From Bacteroidota bacterium (GTDB lineage: Bacteria > Bacteroidota > Bacteroidia > JAADEI01), in assembly GCA_026992635.1 (NCBI GenBank), contig JALWYU010000108.1, positions 28,072-92,071 of the forward strand: 64,000 nucleotides of DNA, given 5' to 3'. A program made the translations under genes and the position numbers. A model generated the notes under the pieces. The model did no database searches, was not told the origin of the DNA, and saw only the letters and a program-made list of their open reading frames with translations. Shown here in pieces: positions 29,175-39,628 of the stretch. The stretch's first letter is position 1. Every line of letters begins with the position of its first letter.

Positions 29175-30128
29175 TCATTCACGGATGACACGAATTTCCA
29201 CGCGCCGGTTCCGGGCGCGCCCCTCGGGCGTGCCATTATCGGCAATGGGCTGATACTCGCCATAACCTCGCGCAATCAGTCGTTCAGGGTCAATTCCCTT
29301 CTGGATGAAGTAGTTGCGCACAGCCTCGGCACGCCGCCGCGAAAGATACAAGTTGTATTGCTCGGAGCCCACACTATCCGTATGCCCCGCAATTTCCACA
29401 ACCATCGTGGGGTGCTCCTTCAAATACTGGACCCATCTGTCCAAGATGGGATAGGATTCGGGCAAAATCCGTGCCTCATTAAAAGCGAACTTCACGCCTT
29501 CCAGAGGAATGGTTCGCTTGTAAATCGTGTCTACAAAAAGCTGAATGGTGAATTCAATGGTTACGGGTCCGTTCCACCGGTCAATCTGGAGGGGCTTATT
29601 GGTTTCCAGCCACTGGTTTAACGCAAAGACTTTCACGGTGTAGGTTTTTCCCTGGGGAACAACTAAAGTAAAGCGCCCTGCCGTGTCCGTCCGCGCTGTA
29701 TACCTTCGGGTGGGTTGGGCGCCTCCCTGCCCGCTCGTCTGGGGAATCAACCGGATGCGTGCACCTGGAAGGGGTACGCCATGCTCGTCAATGAGCAAGC
29801 CCTGAATCGTCGCACTCTGTGCATAAAGTGGAACAGAAAACATTGTGAATACAAGCAAGCCCGCTGCCAAACCCAGTACGTTGCGCCACCAGCAGGTACG
29901 TAAACCCACGAAAAACAACATAGGGACGATTGCTGAGTAAAAACGCATGGTTTTTGCCTGATTTGTTTCGTGGGGATGGTCTACTTTGAGGGTAAACAGG
30001 GAAAAAATCGGAAGGGTTCCATGGCGGAGTACGACGTGATTATCGTGGGTGCAGGTCCTGGCGGATATGTGGCTGGTATCCGCGCGGCCCAGCTGGGGTT
30101 GAAGACGCTCGTAGTAGAAAAAGCCCAT
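29175..30128 (-). CDS. OmpA-family outer-membrane protein with a carboxypeptidase-regulatory-like N-domain
   Basis: C-terminal OmpA_C signature (VVEIAGHTDSVGSEQYNLYLSRRRAEAV...RNRRVEI). CarbopepD_reg-like TIQGLLIDEHGVPLPGARIRL. The probable start is MRFYSAIVPM (about 29945). Confidence 0.8.
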   Translation of the reverse strand: MGFFYYERLQPQLGRADTSHISARTCTHDNHVVLRHGTLPIFSLFTLKVDHPHETNQAKTMRFYSAIVPMLFFVGLRTCWWRNVLGLAAGLLVFTMFSVPLYAQSATIQGLLIDEHGVPLPGARIRLIPQTSGQGGAQPTRRYTARTDTAGRFTLVVPQGKTYTVKVFALNQWLETNKPLQIDRWNGPVTIEFTIQLFVDTIYKRTIPLEGVKFAFNEARILPESYPILDRWVQYLKEHPTMVVEIAGHTDSVGSEQYNLYLSRRRAEAVRNYFIQKGIDPERLIARGYGEYQPIADNGTPEGRARNRRVEIRVIRE

Positions 30129-31412
30129 TTAGGAGGAATTTGCCTGAACTGGGGGTGTATCCCCACGAAAGCCCTGCTGAAGAGTGCATCGCTCCTTGAG
30201 GAGATGCGCCAGGCAGAAAGCTATGGAATTCAGGTGGAGGGGGTTCGTCCCGATTTACCGGCGATGATCCGGCGCTCCCGAGAAGTTGCCCAGCATATGA
30301 ACCGGGGTATTGCCTATCTTTTCAAGAAGAACAAAGTGGAATGGGTAGAGGGTGAAGGGTATTTGTTACCGGGTCGGCGTGTCCGAATCCAGATGAAGGA
30401 TGGACAGGAAGAAATCGCGGCAAAACACATTATCATTGCGACGGGTGCGCGTCCCCGACACCTGCCCATTTTCCCAAAAGAACATGAACGGGTTCTCACC
30501 TACAAAGAGGCACTGGTTCTTGACCAGCTGCCCCAGAGTATTGCCATTATTGGTGCGGGTGCCATTGGCGTGGAGTTCGCTTACTTTTACCGGGCGTTGG
30601 GCAGTGAAGTGACGCTGATTGAAGCGATGCCGCGCATTGTGCCCTTAGAGGATGAAGAGGTGAGTAAGGAGCTGGAGCGGGCATTTCGCCGCTCGGGCAT
30701 ACGCGTTCTCGCAGATGCGCGAGTAGAGGAGGCGCAAGTGGGCAATTCAGGCATAGCACTGAAAGTCCACACAAAAGGCAAAGAAGAAAAGATAGAAGCG
30801 GAATATGTTCTGGTTGCGGTGGGTGTCCAGCCCAATACAGAGAACCTTGGCTTGGAAGCAATTGGCATTCAGCGGTCAGAACGCGGGCACATCCAGGTTA
30901 ATGAATGGTATCAGACGAATGTGGAAGGGTATTATGCCATTGGGGATGTTCTGGCGACGCCTGCCTTAGCGCATGTTGCCAGCCACGAAGGCATTATCTG
31001 CGTGGAAAAGATTGCGGGTGAGGAAGTACGTCCTATGGACTACCGGCGTGTGCCTGCATGCACCTATTGTCAGCCTGAGATTGCTTCCGTGGGGCTTACA
31101 GAAGCGGCCGCGCGTCAGCAGGGCTATGACGTGCGCGTGGGGAAATTTCCATTTACTGCCAGCGGCAAAGCAAGGGCGGAGGGGCATCCCCAGGGATTTG
31201 TCAAGCTGGTCTTTGACAAGAAGTATGGTGAATTACTGGGCGTGCACATGATTGGTCCGCACGTGACCGAAATGGTGGCAGAGCTGGTTGTGGCGATGAA
31301 CCTGGAGACCACCGAAGCCGAAATCTTCCAGTCGGTACATCCGCACCCCACATTGAGTGAAGCCATTATGGAGGCGGCAGGCAGTGCCTTAGGGCATCCG
31401 ATTCATATTTAG
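29970..31412 (+). CDS. lpdA: dihydrolipoyl dehydrogenase (E3 component)
   Basis: MAEYDVIIVGAGPGGYVAGIRAAQLG FAD motif and the redox-active disulfide GGICLNWGCIPTK. The likely start is MAEYDV at about 30021. Confidence 0.92.
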   Translation: MGMVYFEGKQGKNRKGSMAEYDVIIVGAGPGGYVAGIRAAQLGLKTLVVEKAHLGGICLNWGCIPTKALLKSASLLEEMRQAESYGIQVEGVRPDLPAMIRRSREVAQHMNRGIAYLFKKNKVEWVEGEGYLLPGRRVRIQMKDGQEEIAAKHIIIATGARPRHLPIFPKEHERVLTYKEALVLDQLPQSIAIIGAGAIGVEFAYFYRALGSEVTLIEAMPRIVPLEDEEVSKELERAFRRSGIRVLADARVEEAQVGNSGIALKVHTKGKEEKIEAEYVLVAVGVQPNTENLGLEAIGIQRSERGHIQVNEWYQTNVEGYYAIGDVLATPALAHVASHEGIICVEKIAGEEVRPMDYRRVPACTYCQPEIASVGLTEAAARQQGYDVRVGKFPFTASGKARAEGHPQGFVKLVFDKKYGELLGVHMIGPHVTEMVAELVVAMNLETTEAEIFQSVHPHPTLSEAIMEAAGSALGHPIHI

Positions 31413-31515
31413 GCAGGGCACTCCCCGAACTGTACAGACTTTCAACGGGTTTAAACCAATCAGTGTGTATCAATAAAAGTGAGGGGATACACTGATAGCC
31501 TGGTGGATATGGGGT

Positions 31516-32415
31516 GTGAGCACAGCGCTGTTTAAAGCCCTGGAAGATCTCCTTGTCCGTCATGCGTTGCGTGGGAGTTCGCTGACGGTGTTTCATGCGG
31601 CGTGGGTGCTTCGTCTCAGTTCCCTGCCCATTGTACTGGCGGTCTTGCTGCTGGTTGAAGGAGGGTTTACGGTTCGGGAACCCCAGTCGTTCTGGCGCGC
31701 CCTAACGATTAGCGGCACACTCAATGTCGTGGCAACATTTCTGTACGTGGTGGCGTTGAAGTGGGCACCAGTTGCGTACGTCGTTCCGCTTACAGCGTTG
31801 AATCCTCTGTTGCTGACGGTTTCTTCGTGGCTGGTCTTAGGTGAGCATCCCACGTTCCCGGGCTTTGTGGGAATCCTCTTTGTTGTAGGTGGGTTAATGC
31901 TGGTGTACCGGGGTGGACGTCCAACCCGCCATTCCTCCACACAGAAAGGCAGGATTGGCTGGGGCGTTGCTGCAATGGTTTTGGTTGTGCTCTGCTGGAC
32001 GGTTACAGCCCCTACGGACAAGGTGGGCATTCAGGCATCCACACCCCTCACATGGGCCGCCGCGGCCCACTTGTGGGTCGTAGTGGGTACACTGGTGATA
32101 TCCGGGGTAGTACTGATGCGAAAAGGCGCTGGATGGACAAGCCAACCTGTTCAGCAGGAATGGCATAGTAGACACTGGCGCCAGAGGTTGCTCTACTTAG
32201 TGGGTGCTGGAGTGTGCTCAGCAGGTATGCTGGTTACGCACATGCTGGGACTTGCCGGAACACTGGTTCCCTATCTGATCAGTTTGAAACGGCTGAGTAT
32301 TGTTCTGGCGGTTTTGGGCTCATGGCGGTTGCTGGGCGAAAGCGTTCAACGGAGACAGGTGGTCGGTGCAATACTGTGTGCGTGTGGTGCGGTGGTGCTG
32401 GTGTTGTGGGGTTGA
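31516..32415 (+). CDS. EamA/DMT-family transporter
   Basis: About 10 TM helices and a duplicated EamA-like pattern (ALKWAPVAYVVPLTALNPLL...). Confidence 0.7.
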   Translation: MSTALFKALEDLLVRHALRGSSLTVFHAAWVLRLSSLPIVLAVLLLVEGGFTVREPQSFWRALTISGTLNVVATFLYVVALKWAPVAYVVPLTALNPLLLTVSSWLVLGEHPTFPGFVGILFVVGGLMLVYRGGRPTRHSSTQKGRIGWGVAAMVLVVLCWTVTAPTDKVGIQASTPLTWAAAAHLWVVVGTLVISGVVLMRKGAGWTSQPVQQEWHSRHWRQRLLYLVGAGVCSAGMLVTHMLGLAGTLVPYLISLKRLSIVLAVLGSWRLLGESVQRRQVVGAILCACGAVVLVLWG

Positions 32416-32427
32416 GATTTTTTTTTG

Positions 32428-32491
32428 GCTGGGGCGCGGGGGTACGGGGGCGCTGGCACGCCAGCGCCCCCGTACCCCCGCGCCCCAGCCA
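32428..32491. repeat. perfect 31-bp-stem GC-rich palindrome with a T10 run 5' and an A8 run 3'
   Basis: GGCTGGGGCGCGGGGGTACGGGGGCGCTGGC (loop acgc) GCCAGCGCCCCCGTACCCCCGCGCCCCAGCC. Flanks are gattttttttttg and aaacgaaatcaaaaaaaacc. Confidence 0.7.
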
Positions 32492-32605
32492 AACGAAATC
32501 AAAAAAAACCACTTCTCAATTCCAAATCTGTCCCCTACCTTATATTAAGAGAGAAGGAAGATACGCAGCCACCATCAAGAGATCTCCTGCCAAATCCATG
32601 AATCC

Positions 32606-34933
32606 ATGGTCATAGGGAGGATCCTCTTGACAGGCATCCCCTTAACCACCCTCCTGCTCTCCACACTCACCACACACGCCAACAACTGTTCCTCACCCAT
32701 TTCCATCAACTCCTTCCCCTACACGTACAGTGGCACGCTCTGTGGTGCCGGCGACAACTTTCCCGCTCCCCTTTGCGGACAGACTGGGTGGGGTGCTTCT
32801 GAAGACATGGTCTTCGTTGCCAACCTCCAGGCAGGCGCCACCTACGAAATCACTGTAACTGTGGGCAGCGGCAATGCCGGTGCCTTCCTCTTCCAGACGT
32901 GCGACCCTAACGCCTGCATCATCTCATTGACATCCAACGCCAGCTCTGCTACGTGGTGCGTCACCATTCCCAGCTCCGGCACCTGGTATATTGTGGTGGA
33001 TCGCGACGCCGCCGGGTGCTCCACCTTCTCCCTGAATATCGTTGAAGACGTCGCACCACCCACAGGCTGGTCTATGTTCAACGGAACCATTAATACCTGC
33101 TCTGGCACCCTTTATGACCCCGGTGGCCCCAATTGCAACTACGGTGATAACCAGTATGCCCAAACCGTCATCTGTCCCACTACACCAGGGCAATGCATTC
33201 AGCTGGACTTCACTTCCTTTGACCTGGAAAACACCTTTGATTACCTGGATGTCTATGATGGCGATGAATGCGCCAATACACCCATCGCCAGCTACACCGG
33301 AAACACCAGCCCAGGCACTGTAACCGCAACCGGACTTTATGGAAATGGCTGCCTTACACTGGTGTTCTCTTCCGACGGCTCCGTCAATTATACCGGTTTT
33401 TCCGCCAACATTTCCTGTGTACCCTGCAGTGCCTCACCCATCAGTGGTTCCACCGTCAATATGCAATCCGGCATCTGGTACACGTGCGGAGGCACTTTCT
33501 ATGATTCTGGTGGACCCCTCAACGACTACAGCAACAACGAAGACTACACCCTCGTGATCTGCCCCTCTACACCAGGACAATACATCACAGTCAATTTCAC
33601 CTCCTTCAACATAGAAAACAATTTTGACTACCTTTACATCTACGACGGCATTGGAAGTTGCGGTACTTGTCTGGGAGAATTCACCGGCACCACCTCGCCC
33701 GGTACCATCACCGCCTCTTCATCCAATGGATGCCTCACATTCCAGTTTCAGAGCGACGGAAGTATTACATATCCCGGATGGCAGGCAACCATCTCGTGTT
33801 CTTCCACGCCAGGCGCCAATACATCCACTGGATCTTCCTGTCTGACACCGCTCTGTCTGCTCAACACCAACTCAGGCACTTACACCCCATTCAACACACT
33901 TTGTGGTGACTCCTGGAACTTCCCAGCCTGTGGGGGCTGCCCCTCCTTCAATAACGTGGACTATCCCTACTTCTTCACATTCACGATTGCTTCCGGCGGC
34001 ACCCTCCTCTTCACCATCACACCCTCTGGAACCCACGACTTAGACTGGGCACTGTGGCAAATCCCCGATCCCTACGACTGCTCATCGCTGGGTCCACCCA
34101 TTCGTGCCTCCTGGGATGCACCCCCACCCTACTCTACAGGGCTTGCTGTAGGCGAAACCGATGTGTGCGAATGCGCCAGTGGCAGTGGATACGTAGCACC
34201 GCTCACTGTCAATGCCGGCGAGTCCTATCTGCTGGTCATAAACGATTGGTCCGCACCCCCACCTGAGGATTTCACCCTGGACTTCACCGGAACCACTGCC
34301 ACCTTCTCCAATAACACAGACGACTGCCCATCTAATGTACTTCCCCTGGCATTCATCAAGATGGAAGCCCATCCTCAAAAAGAGGGAATTGAACTCACCT
34401 GGTACGGCATCGCCCCCGAAGGCATAGACGGCAGAATCCAGATCTGGAAAGAATCGCCCGACAACCCCAAAGCCAGACAAAAAATCCATGAACGCCTCGC
34501 CAACCCCGGACCCTTCCAGGGCTCATTCATAGACTACACCCCGGAGACACCAACCCCAACAAGCCCTGCCATGCATGTTTACCGGATCGTCCTCTATGAC
34601 GTGGCACGCCATGCGACCATCGCCGAAGACCGAATCGTCGTCACCCAAAACGCAACCACTCCAGGCTCCATCTCCTACACACTGGGCACCGGATACATCC
34701 AGCTCCTGATCTCCGGAACAGGTGAACAACCCCCAACATACCTCAGACTCTATAGCCTGGATGGCAAAACCCTCTGGCAATGGAATACTCAGCGCTGCGG
34801 TATCAAAACCCGAAACCCCAACACCTACACATTCCGAATCCCCACACACAACCTCCAGCAGGGAATCTACCTCCTGGAAGTGGAATGGCTCTCAGGACAA
34901 CGATCCCACGAACGCATCATACTCACACCTTAA
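32606..34933 (+). CDS. T9SS-secreted protein with an N-terminal Cys-rich PPC-like domain, two CUB domains and a type A C-terminal sorting domain
   Basis: CUB-like segments: CSGTLYDPGGP.C.YGDNQYAQTVICPTTPGQCIQLDFTSFDLENTFDYLDVYDGDEC...GFSANISC and CGGTFYDSGGP...FDYLYIYDG...GWQATISC. Signal peptide present. The C-terminus GIYLLEVEWLSGQRSHERIILTP resembles the Por CTD. Confidence 0.7.
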   Translation: MVIGRILLTGIPLTTLLLSTLTTHANNCSSPISINSFPYTYSGTLCGAGDNFPAPLCGQTGWGASEDMVFVANLQAGATYEITVTVGSGNAGAFLFQTCDPNACIISLTSNASSATWCVTIPSSGTWYIVVDRDAAGCSTFSLNIVEDVAPPTGWSMFNGTINTCSGTLYDPGGPNCNYGDNQYAQTVICPTTPGQCIQLDFTSFDLENTFDYLDVYDGDECANTPIASYTGNTSPGTVTATGLYGNGCLTLVFSSDGSVNYTGFSANISCVPCSASPISGSTVNMQSGIWYTCGGTFYDSGGPLNDYSNNEDYTLVICPSTPGQYITVNFTSFNIENNFDYLYIYDGIGSCGTCLGEFTGTTSPGTITASSSNGCLTFQFQSDGSITYPGWQATISCSSTPGANTSTGSSCLTPLCLLNTNSGTYTPFNTLCGDSWNFPACGGCPSFNNVDYPYFFTFTIASGGTLLFTITPSGTHDLDWALWQIPDPYDCSSLGPPIRASWDAPPPYSTGLAVGETDVCECASGSGYVAPLTVNAGESYLLVINDWSAPPPEDFTLDFTGTTATFSNNTDDCPSNVLPLAFIKMEAHPQKEGIELTWYGIAPEGIDGRIQIWKESPDNPKARQKIHERLANPGPFQGSFIDYTPETPTPTSPAMHVYRIVLYDVARHATIAEDRIVVTQNATTPGSISYTLGTGYIQLLISGTGEQPPTYLRLYSLDGKTLWQWNTQRCGIKTRNPNTYTFRIPTHNLQQGIYLLEVEWLSGQRSHERIILTP

Positions 34934-35107
34934 AAACCACACCAACAGAATAACCTGCGACACTGCACACCACACGCCACCAGCAAACACCACTCCTCCC
35001 CTACCCCAAACTGCGATCATAGAACTCTGCTACACTTCTTATATCAGTTGACGGGGAACAACCACCAGCCTCCCACTGTTTATCCCTGAGAAAAACGTTC
35101 AGTACGT

Positions 35108-38100
35108 ATGGACAGGTCCCAAATCCAACATCTGCCCTGTCCCTTTTACCTGGTGTACCTTTTCTTTGGTCTTATCACCGTCCCCACTATTTACACCCAG
35201 GATGCCAAACCTCAGTACTTTCGCGTCCCTGCCCCTTATCTCCCACCCAATGGACTCCACAACTGGACAACCCAAGCCTATGCCCTCCAGGGCGCAACCC
35301 TCATCCGTAAAGCGGGCGACACCATCCACAACAGCTTGCTGCTTATCAAAGACGGACGGATCATTTATGCCGGACCCAACAACCGGCAAATCCCACCTGA
35401 ATACATCGTGATTTCTGTGCAGGGCAAATGGATTTATCCAGCATTCATAGACCTGTTCTCCGAGTGCGGACTTCGTCCACCCCCACCACCCAAACAAAAG
35501 AAATCCGGACCACAATTGTACAGTCGCTTCCAAACACCACTTGCCGCCAACGAAGCCATCCATGCTTACCGACACGCCACCGAGTACTTTCAGCCCACAT
35601 CCCAATGCTTCACTTCCTACCTGAACGGTGGCTTCGCCCTGATCCTTTCCCACGTACGGGATGGTATCCTTCGCGGCACCGGCGTGCTTTTCTTCCCCAT
35701 AGCAGGCAAACATGCCGGTGAACTCATCTGGTCCGAAACCCCTGCCCAATTCGCTTCCTTCAGGAAAGGACGTTCCCGCCAGGATTACCCCACTTCCCTG
35801 ATGGGCGCCATCGCTTTGCTCCGCCAAACCCTGTATGACGCACAATGGTACCACCAGACCCGGAAACATTTCCCGGATCAGATCCCTTATGATGCCTCCC
35901 TGGAAGCACTCAGCTACTACTGGCTGGAACAACACCTGCCCTGGTTCATTGAAATCACTTCGCCCGAAGACCTGTGGCCCATCTCGCGATTAGCCCGGGA
36001 ATTTCAAATTCCCTGGATTGTCCTGGCAACTGGTGGCGAGTATCAGGTCCTGCCCTTTCTACGCAGGCATCCTATCCGTCTCGTCATTCCCCTGAACTTT
36101 CCAGAGCCTTTGCGCGAAGCCGCCGACCCTTACTTTGCCCAGCTGATTCCCTGGCGCGTGCTCAAGCACTGGGAAATGGCACCTGCCCAACCCGCACTCC
36201 TCGCCCAAACCGATGAGCTTTCCGACCAGTTCGCACTCACCATGTGGAAACTCACCCCTAAAAAGTGGTGGCAAAACCTGCGGAAAGCCATCCGATATGG
36301 ATTACCCGCTGAACACGCCCTGAGCGCATTGACTGAAATCCCCGCGCAATGGCTGGGCATTTTCCAGTGGATCGGCACCTTAGAACCCGGAAAAATCGCT
36401 TCATTTTTTGTGGCATCTTCGGACATTTTCCAGGACAAAAACGCCTGTATCCTCCAGATGTGGGTACGGGGCGAGCTGGTTCTGGGTCCTCTCCACCCCA
36501 TTGAGCTCCGCGGGAAGTATCAACTTGTCATACAGCAAGATACTGCCACCCTGGAAGTAATCGGCACCTGCCAGAAACCCATCTTCAAAATCTACTGGCG
36601 TGATGGAACCTCCTGGTCCGTACGCGCATACCGCGAAAACCAGTACATCCGCCTGAACTTCACCATCTACGAAGACACCGACAGCGCACAAACCTACACC
36701 CTCACAGGCTGGATCCAGAACGACTCACTTTGGCAGGGCACCAGCTGGTACGCTACACGAATTGAACCCTACCGCCCATCACCCGATACGACGCCCGTCC
36801 CGCACTTTACGCCTGCCGATATCCCCCGACCATTCAGTCCCTGGGGATGGAAACCCAACCAGATACCTAAACCCAAAACCTATCTGCTCAAAGACGCAAC
36901 AATCTGGACACTGGACTCTTCACGTCCTATCCTTCCGGAAGGTGACATCCTTATCACCAATGGAAAAATCCAGGCAGTGGCAAAAGAGATTACCCCGCCG
37001 TCAGACGCCATCGTCCTCAACCTCAAAGGAATGCACATCACACCAGGCATCGTGGACGAACACTCCCACATCGCCATTCGGGGTGGCGTCAACGAAGCAG
37101 GGTGGGCAATCACCGCCGAAGTCCGTATTGCCGACGTGCTCCGCGCCCACGACGTAAACCTCTACAGGCAACTGGCGGGAGGCGTCACCACCATCCACCT
37201 CCTGCATGGCTCCGCCAACCCCATTGGCGGACAAACTATTGTGATCAAAAACCGATGGGGTGCTTTTTACGACTCGCTGATTGAATGGCGCGCCCCACCC
37301 TTCATCAAGTTTGCCCTCGGCGAAAACGTCAAACAATCCAACTGGGGAGACCGATACCGAATCCGATTTCCCCAAACCCGCGTGGGCGTAGAACAAATCA
37401 TAGAAGACGCCTTTCGCCAGGCAAAAACCTACCACACCATCTGGCAACAATACCAGGCACTGCCCAAAAGAGAAAAACGGAAGATTCCGCCACCACGTCG
37501 TTTCCTCCGATGGGACGCCCTTGCCGAAATCCTGGAAGGCAAACGATTCATCACCTGTCACTCGTATGTCCAGTCCGAAATTGCCATGCTCGTCCATTTA
37601 GCACGGCGCCTCCACTTCCGTGTCAACACCTTCACGCACGGACTGGAAGCCTACAAAGTGGCGGATCTCCTCCACCAGGAAGGCACCGCCGTCTCTACAT
37701 TCTCCGACTGGTGGGCATACAAATACGAAGTCATAGAAGCCATCCCCCACAACGCCGCACTCTGTACGAAAGCCGGCGTCCTGACCGGAATCAACTCGGA
37801 CGACGCCGAAATGGCACGACGCCTCAACCAGGAAGCCAGCAAAACCATCCTGTACGGAGAACTGGACTCTATCTCAGCACTCCGTCTCATCACCCTCAAC
37901 CCCGCTAAGATGCTCCACTTAGACCAGTGGGTCGGAACGATCACACCCGGGAAAGACGCCGACCTCGTCGTATGGACACATTCCCCACTGAGCGTAACCG
38001 CGCGCGTCCAGTATACCTTCGTAGAAGGACGTCTACTCTACAGCTATGACGCCATGCAACAACGCGCACGCCAACTCCAGAAAGAACGCACACGACTCAT

Positions 38101-38209
38101 CAAAGCCATGCAAGAACGCATCAAAGCCGGGGAAGCCACCTCCTCCCTCAAAGAAACACCTCAATGGCTGCAAGATGCGTGGGAAACCACTTATCGGTGC
38201 GACCCTTAG
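35108..38209 (+). CDS. secreted tandem-domain amidohydrolase-family protein
   Basis: Two amidohydrolase-like modules (ATLIRKAGDTIHNSLLLIKDGRIIYAG... and DILITNGKIQAV...MHITPGIVDEHSHIAIRGG with an HxH metal-binding motif). Signal peptide present. Confidence 0.8.
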   Translation: MDRSQIQHLPCPFYLVYLFFGLITVPTIYTQDAKPQYFRVPAPYLPPNGLHNWTTQAYALQGATLIRKAGDTIHNSLLLIKDGRIIYAGPNNRQIPPEYIVISVQGKWIYPAFIDLFSECGLRPPPPPKQKKSGPQLYSRFQTPLAANEAIHAYRHATEYFQPTSQCFTSYLNGGFALILSHVRDGILRGTGVLFFPIAGKHAGELIWSETPAQFASFRKGRSRQDYPTSLMGAIALLRQTLYDAQWYHQTRKHFPDQIPYDASLEALSYYWLEQHLPWFIEITSPEDLWPISRLAREFQIPWIVLATGGEYQVLPFLRRHPIRLVIPLNFPEPLREAADPYFAQLIPWRVLKHWEMAPAQPALLAQTDELSDQFALTMWKLTPKKWWQNLRKAIRYGLPAEHALSALTEIPAQWLGIFQWIGTLEPGKIASFFVASSDIFQDKNACILQMWVRGELVLGPLHPIELRGKYQLVIQQDTATLEVIGTCQKPIFKIYWRDGTSWSVRAYRENQYIRLNFTIYEDTDSAQTYTLTGWIQNDSLWQGTSWYATRIEPYRPSPDTTPVPHFTPADIPRPFSPWGWKPNQIPKPKTYLLKDATIWTLDSSRPILPEGDILITNGKIQAVAKEITPPSDAIVLNLKGMHITPGIVDEHSHIAIRGGVNEAGWAITAEVRIADVLRAHDVNLYRQLAGGVTTIHLLHGSANPIGGQTIVIKNRWGAFYDSLIEWRAPPFIKFALGENVKQSNWGDRYRIRFPQTRVGVEQIIEDAFRQAKTYHTIWQQYQALPKREKRKIPPPRRFLRWDALAEILEGKRFITCHSYVQSEIAMLVHLARRLHFRVNTFTHGLEAYKVADLLHQEGTAVSTFSDWWAYKYEVIEAIPHNAALCTKAGVLTGINSDDAEMARRLNQEASKTILYGELDSISALRLITLNPAKMLHLDQWVGTITPGKDADLVVWTHSPLSVTARVQYTFVEGRLLYSYDAMQQRARQLQKERTRLIKAMQERIKAGEATSSLKETPQWLQDAWETTYRCDP

Positions 38210-39575
38210 AAAATACCTTGCCTTCGTCCTGGTTATGACAATGGGCGTCTATTTCGTTTACGGCTGGCGTCCTACACCTGCCCCACCCCAGGATACGCCT
38301 ATTGTCCTGATCCACGGGACCATCCACACGGGAACTGGAACAGTTTTAGAAGATGGTTCCCTTGCTTTTCGTAAGGGACGAATCCTCTTTGTCAAGCCCA
38401 CCAGCCAGATCACCCCTGCCGACACAGCAGGCTTTCGCGTCATTGACCTCCAGGGAATGCACGTCTATCCCGGACTCATCGCCCTGAACACCGAAGTGGG
38501 CTTACGCGAAATTGACTTGGTGCGCGCCACCCACGACTACCAGGATGTGGGCGTCAACCAGCCAGCACTCCGTGCCTGGATCGCCTTTAACACCGACTCG
38601 CGAATCATTCCCACACTCCGCCTGAATGGAATCCTCTTAGTGGAGACCCGTGTCCGTGGCAGAGGATTTGCCGGGCAATCGGGCGTCCTCCACTTAGACG
38701 GATGGAACTGGCAGGACGCCTTGGTGCGCGGACCGGCGGGCGTCCATCTCTATTTCCCCACACGTTATCGGGCACGGGGCTGGTGGGGTGCACCTCGTCC
38801 ACCCGCAGAGGACACTGCCTACCTGCGCCAGATCCGGGAACTCCGCCAGTTCCTCCAGAACGCCTATCAGTACCTGTATGGCAAACCTTCTTCTCAGGCA
38901 GTAACCACAACACCTTTTCCCAATCTCCGGTACGAAGCAATGCGCCCGGTCTTTGAAGGAAAGATCACGGTGTTTGTCCACGCCTTCTATCCCCGAGAAA
39001 TTCTGGAAGCGTTGCGTATCCTGGTTGATGAATGGCGGTTACCCCGAGTCGCACTGGTCACAGGACCCTACGTATGGTTTGTGGCTGAAGAAGTGCGCCG
39101 CCGAAATGTTTCCGTTGTGTACGTCCGTCCGCATCGGCTGCCCCCTCGCGACGACCTCCCCCTGGACTTCCCATTCCGGATCCCTGCCCTGCTGGATTCT
39201 ATGGGAATTCGCGTAGCGTTGGCTGTGCCCGGCTCATGGGAAGTGCGCAACTTAGCGTTTCAGGCAGGCACATGCATTGGTTATGGACTGAACCCAGAAA
39301 CCGCCCTCCAGATGATCACACGGATTCCGGCTGAGCTCCTGGGCATTGACTCCCTGTACGGCACCTTAGAACCCGGCAAAAGCGCAACACTTATCGTTGC
39401 GCACGGGCATATCTGGAACCCACCCGAAGCACACCTTGCCTACGCCTTCATTGATGGCAGGCAAATCGCCCTGACCAGCCACCAGGTTGAACTCTACCGC
39501 CGATACCTGAACCGCTACCAGCAACTGGGACTCATCCCCGTCCACCCGAAAGACAGCACAGATACCCATCAATAA
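38175..39575 (+). CDS. amidohydrolase-family protein, paralog of the upstream gene
   Basis: PIVLIHGTIHTGTG...FRKGRILFV...LQGMHVYPGLIALNTEVGL. Signal peptide at MRGKPLIGATLRKYLAFVLVM (the track ORF starts at 38046). The gene overlaps the upstream gene's end. Confidence 0.7.
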   Translation: MRGKPLIGATLRKYLAFVLVMTMGVYFVYGWRPTPAPPQDTPIVLIHGTIHTGTGTVLEDGSLAFRKGRILFVKPTSQITPADTAGFRVIDLQGMHVYPGLIALNTEVGLREIDLVRATHDYQDVGVNQPALRAWIAFNTDSRIIPTLRLNGILLVETRVRGRGFAGQSGVLHLDGWNWQDALVRGPAGVHLYFPTRYRARGWWGAPRPPAEDTAYLRQIRELRQFLQNAYQYLYGKPSSQAVTTTPFPNLRYEAMRPVFEGKITVFVHAFYPREILEALRILVDEWRLPRVALVTGPYVWFVAEEVRRRNVSVVYVRPHRLPPRDDLPLDFPFRIPALLDSMGIRVALAVPGSWEVRNLAFQAGTCIGYGLNPETALQMITRIPAELLGIDSLYGTLEPGKSATLIVAHGHIWNPPEAHLAYAFIDGRQIALTSHQVELYRRYLNRYQQLGLIPVHPKDSTDTHQ

Positions 39576-39628
39576 CCGGCAACCAGCGGATACGTCCTCC
39601 CACCAGCCACAAACGAACGACCTTACCC

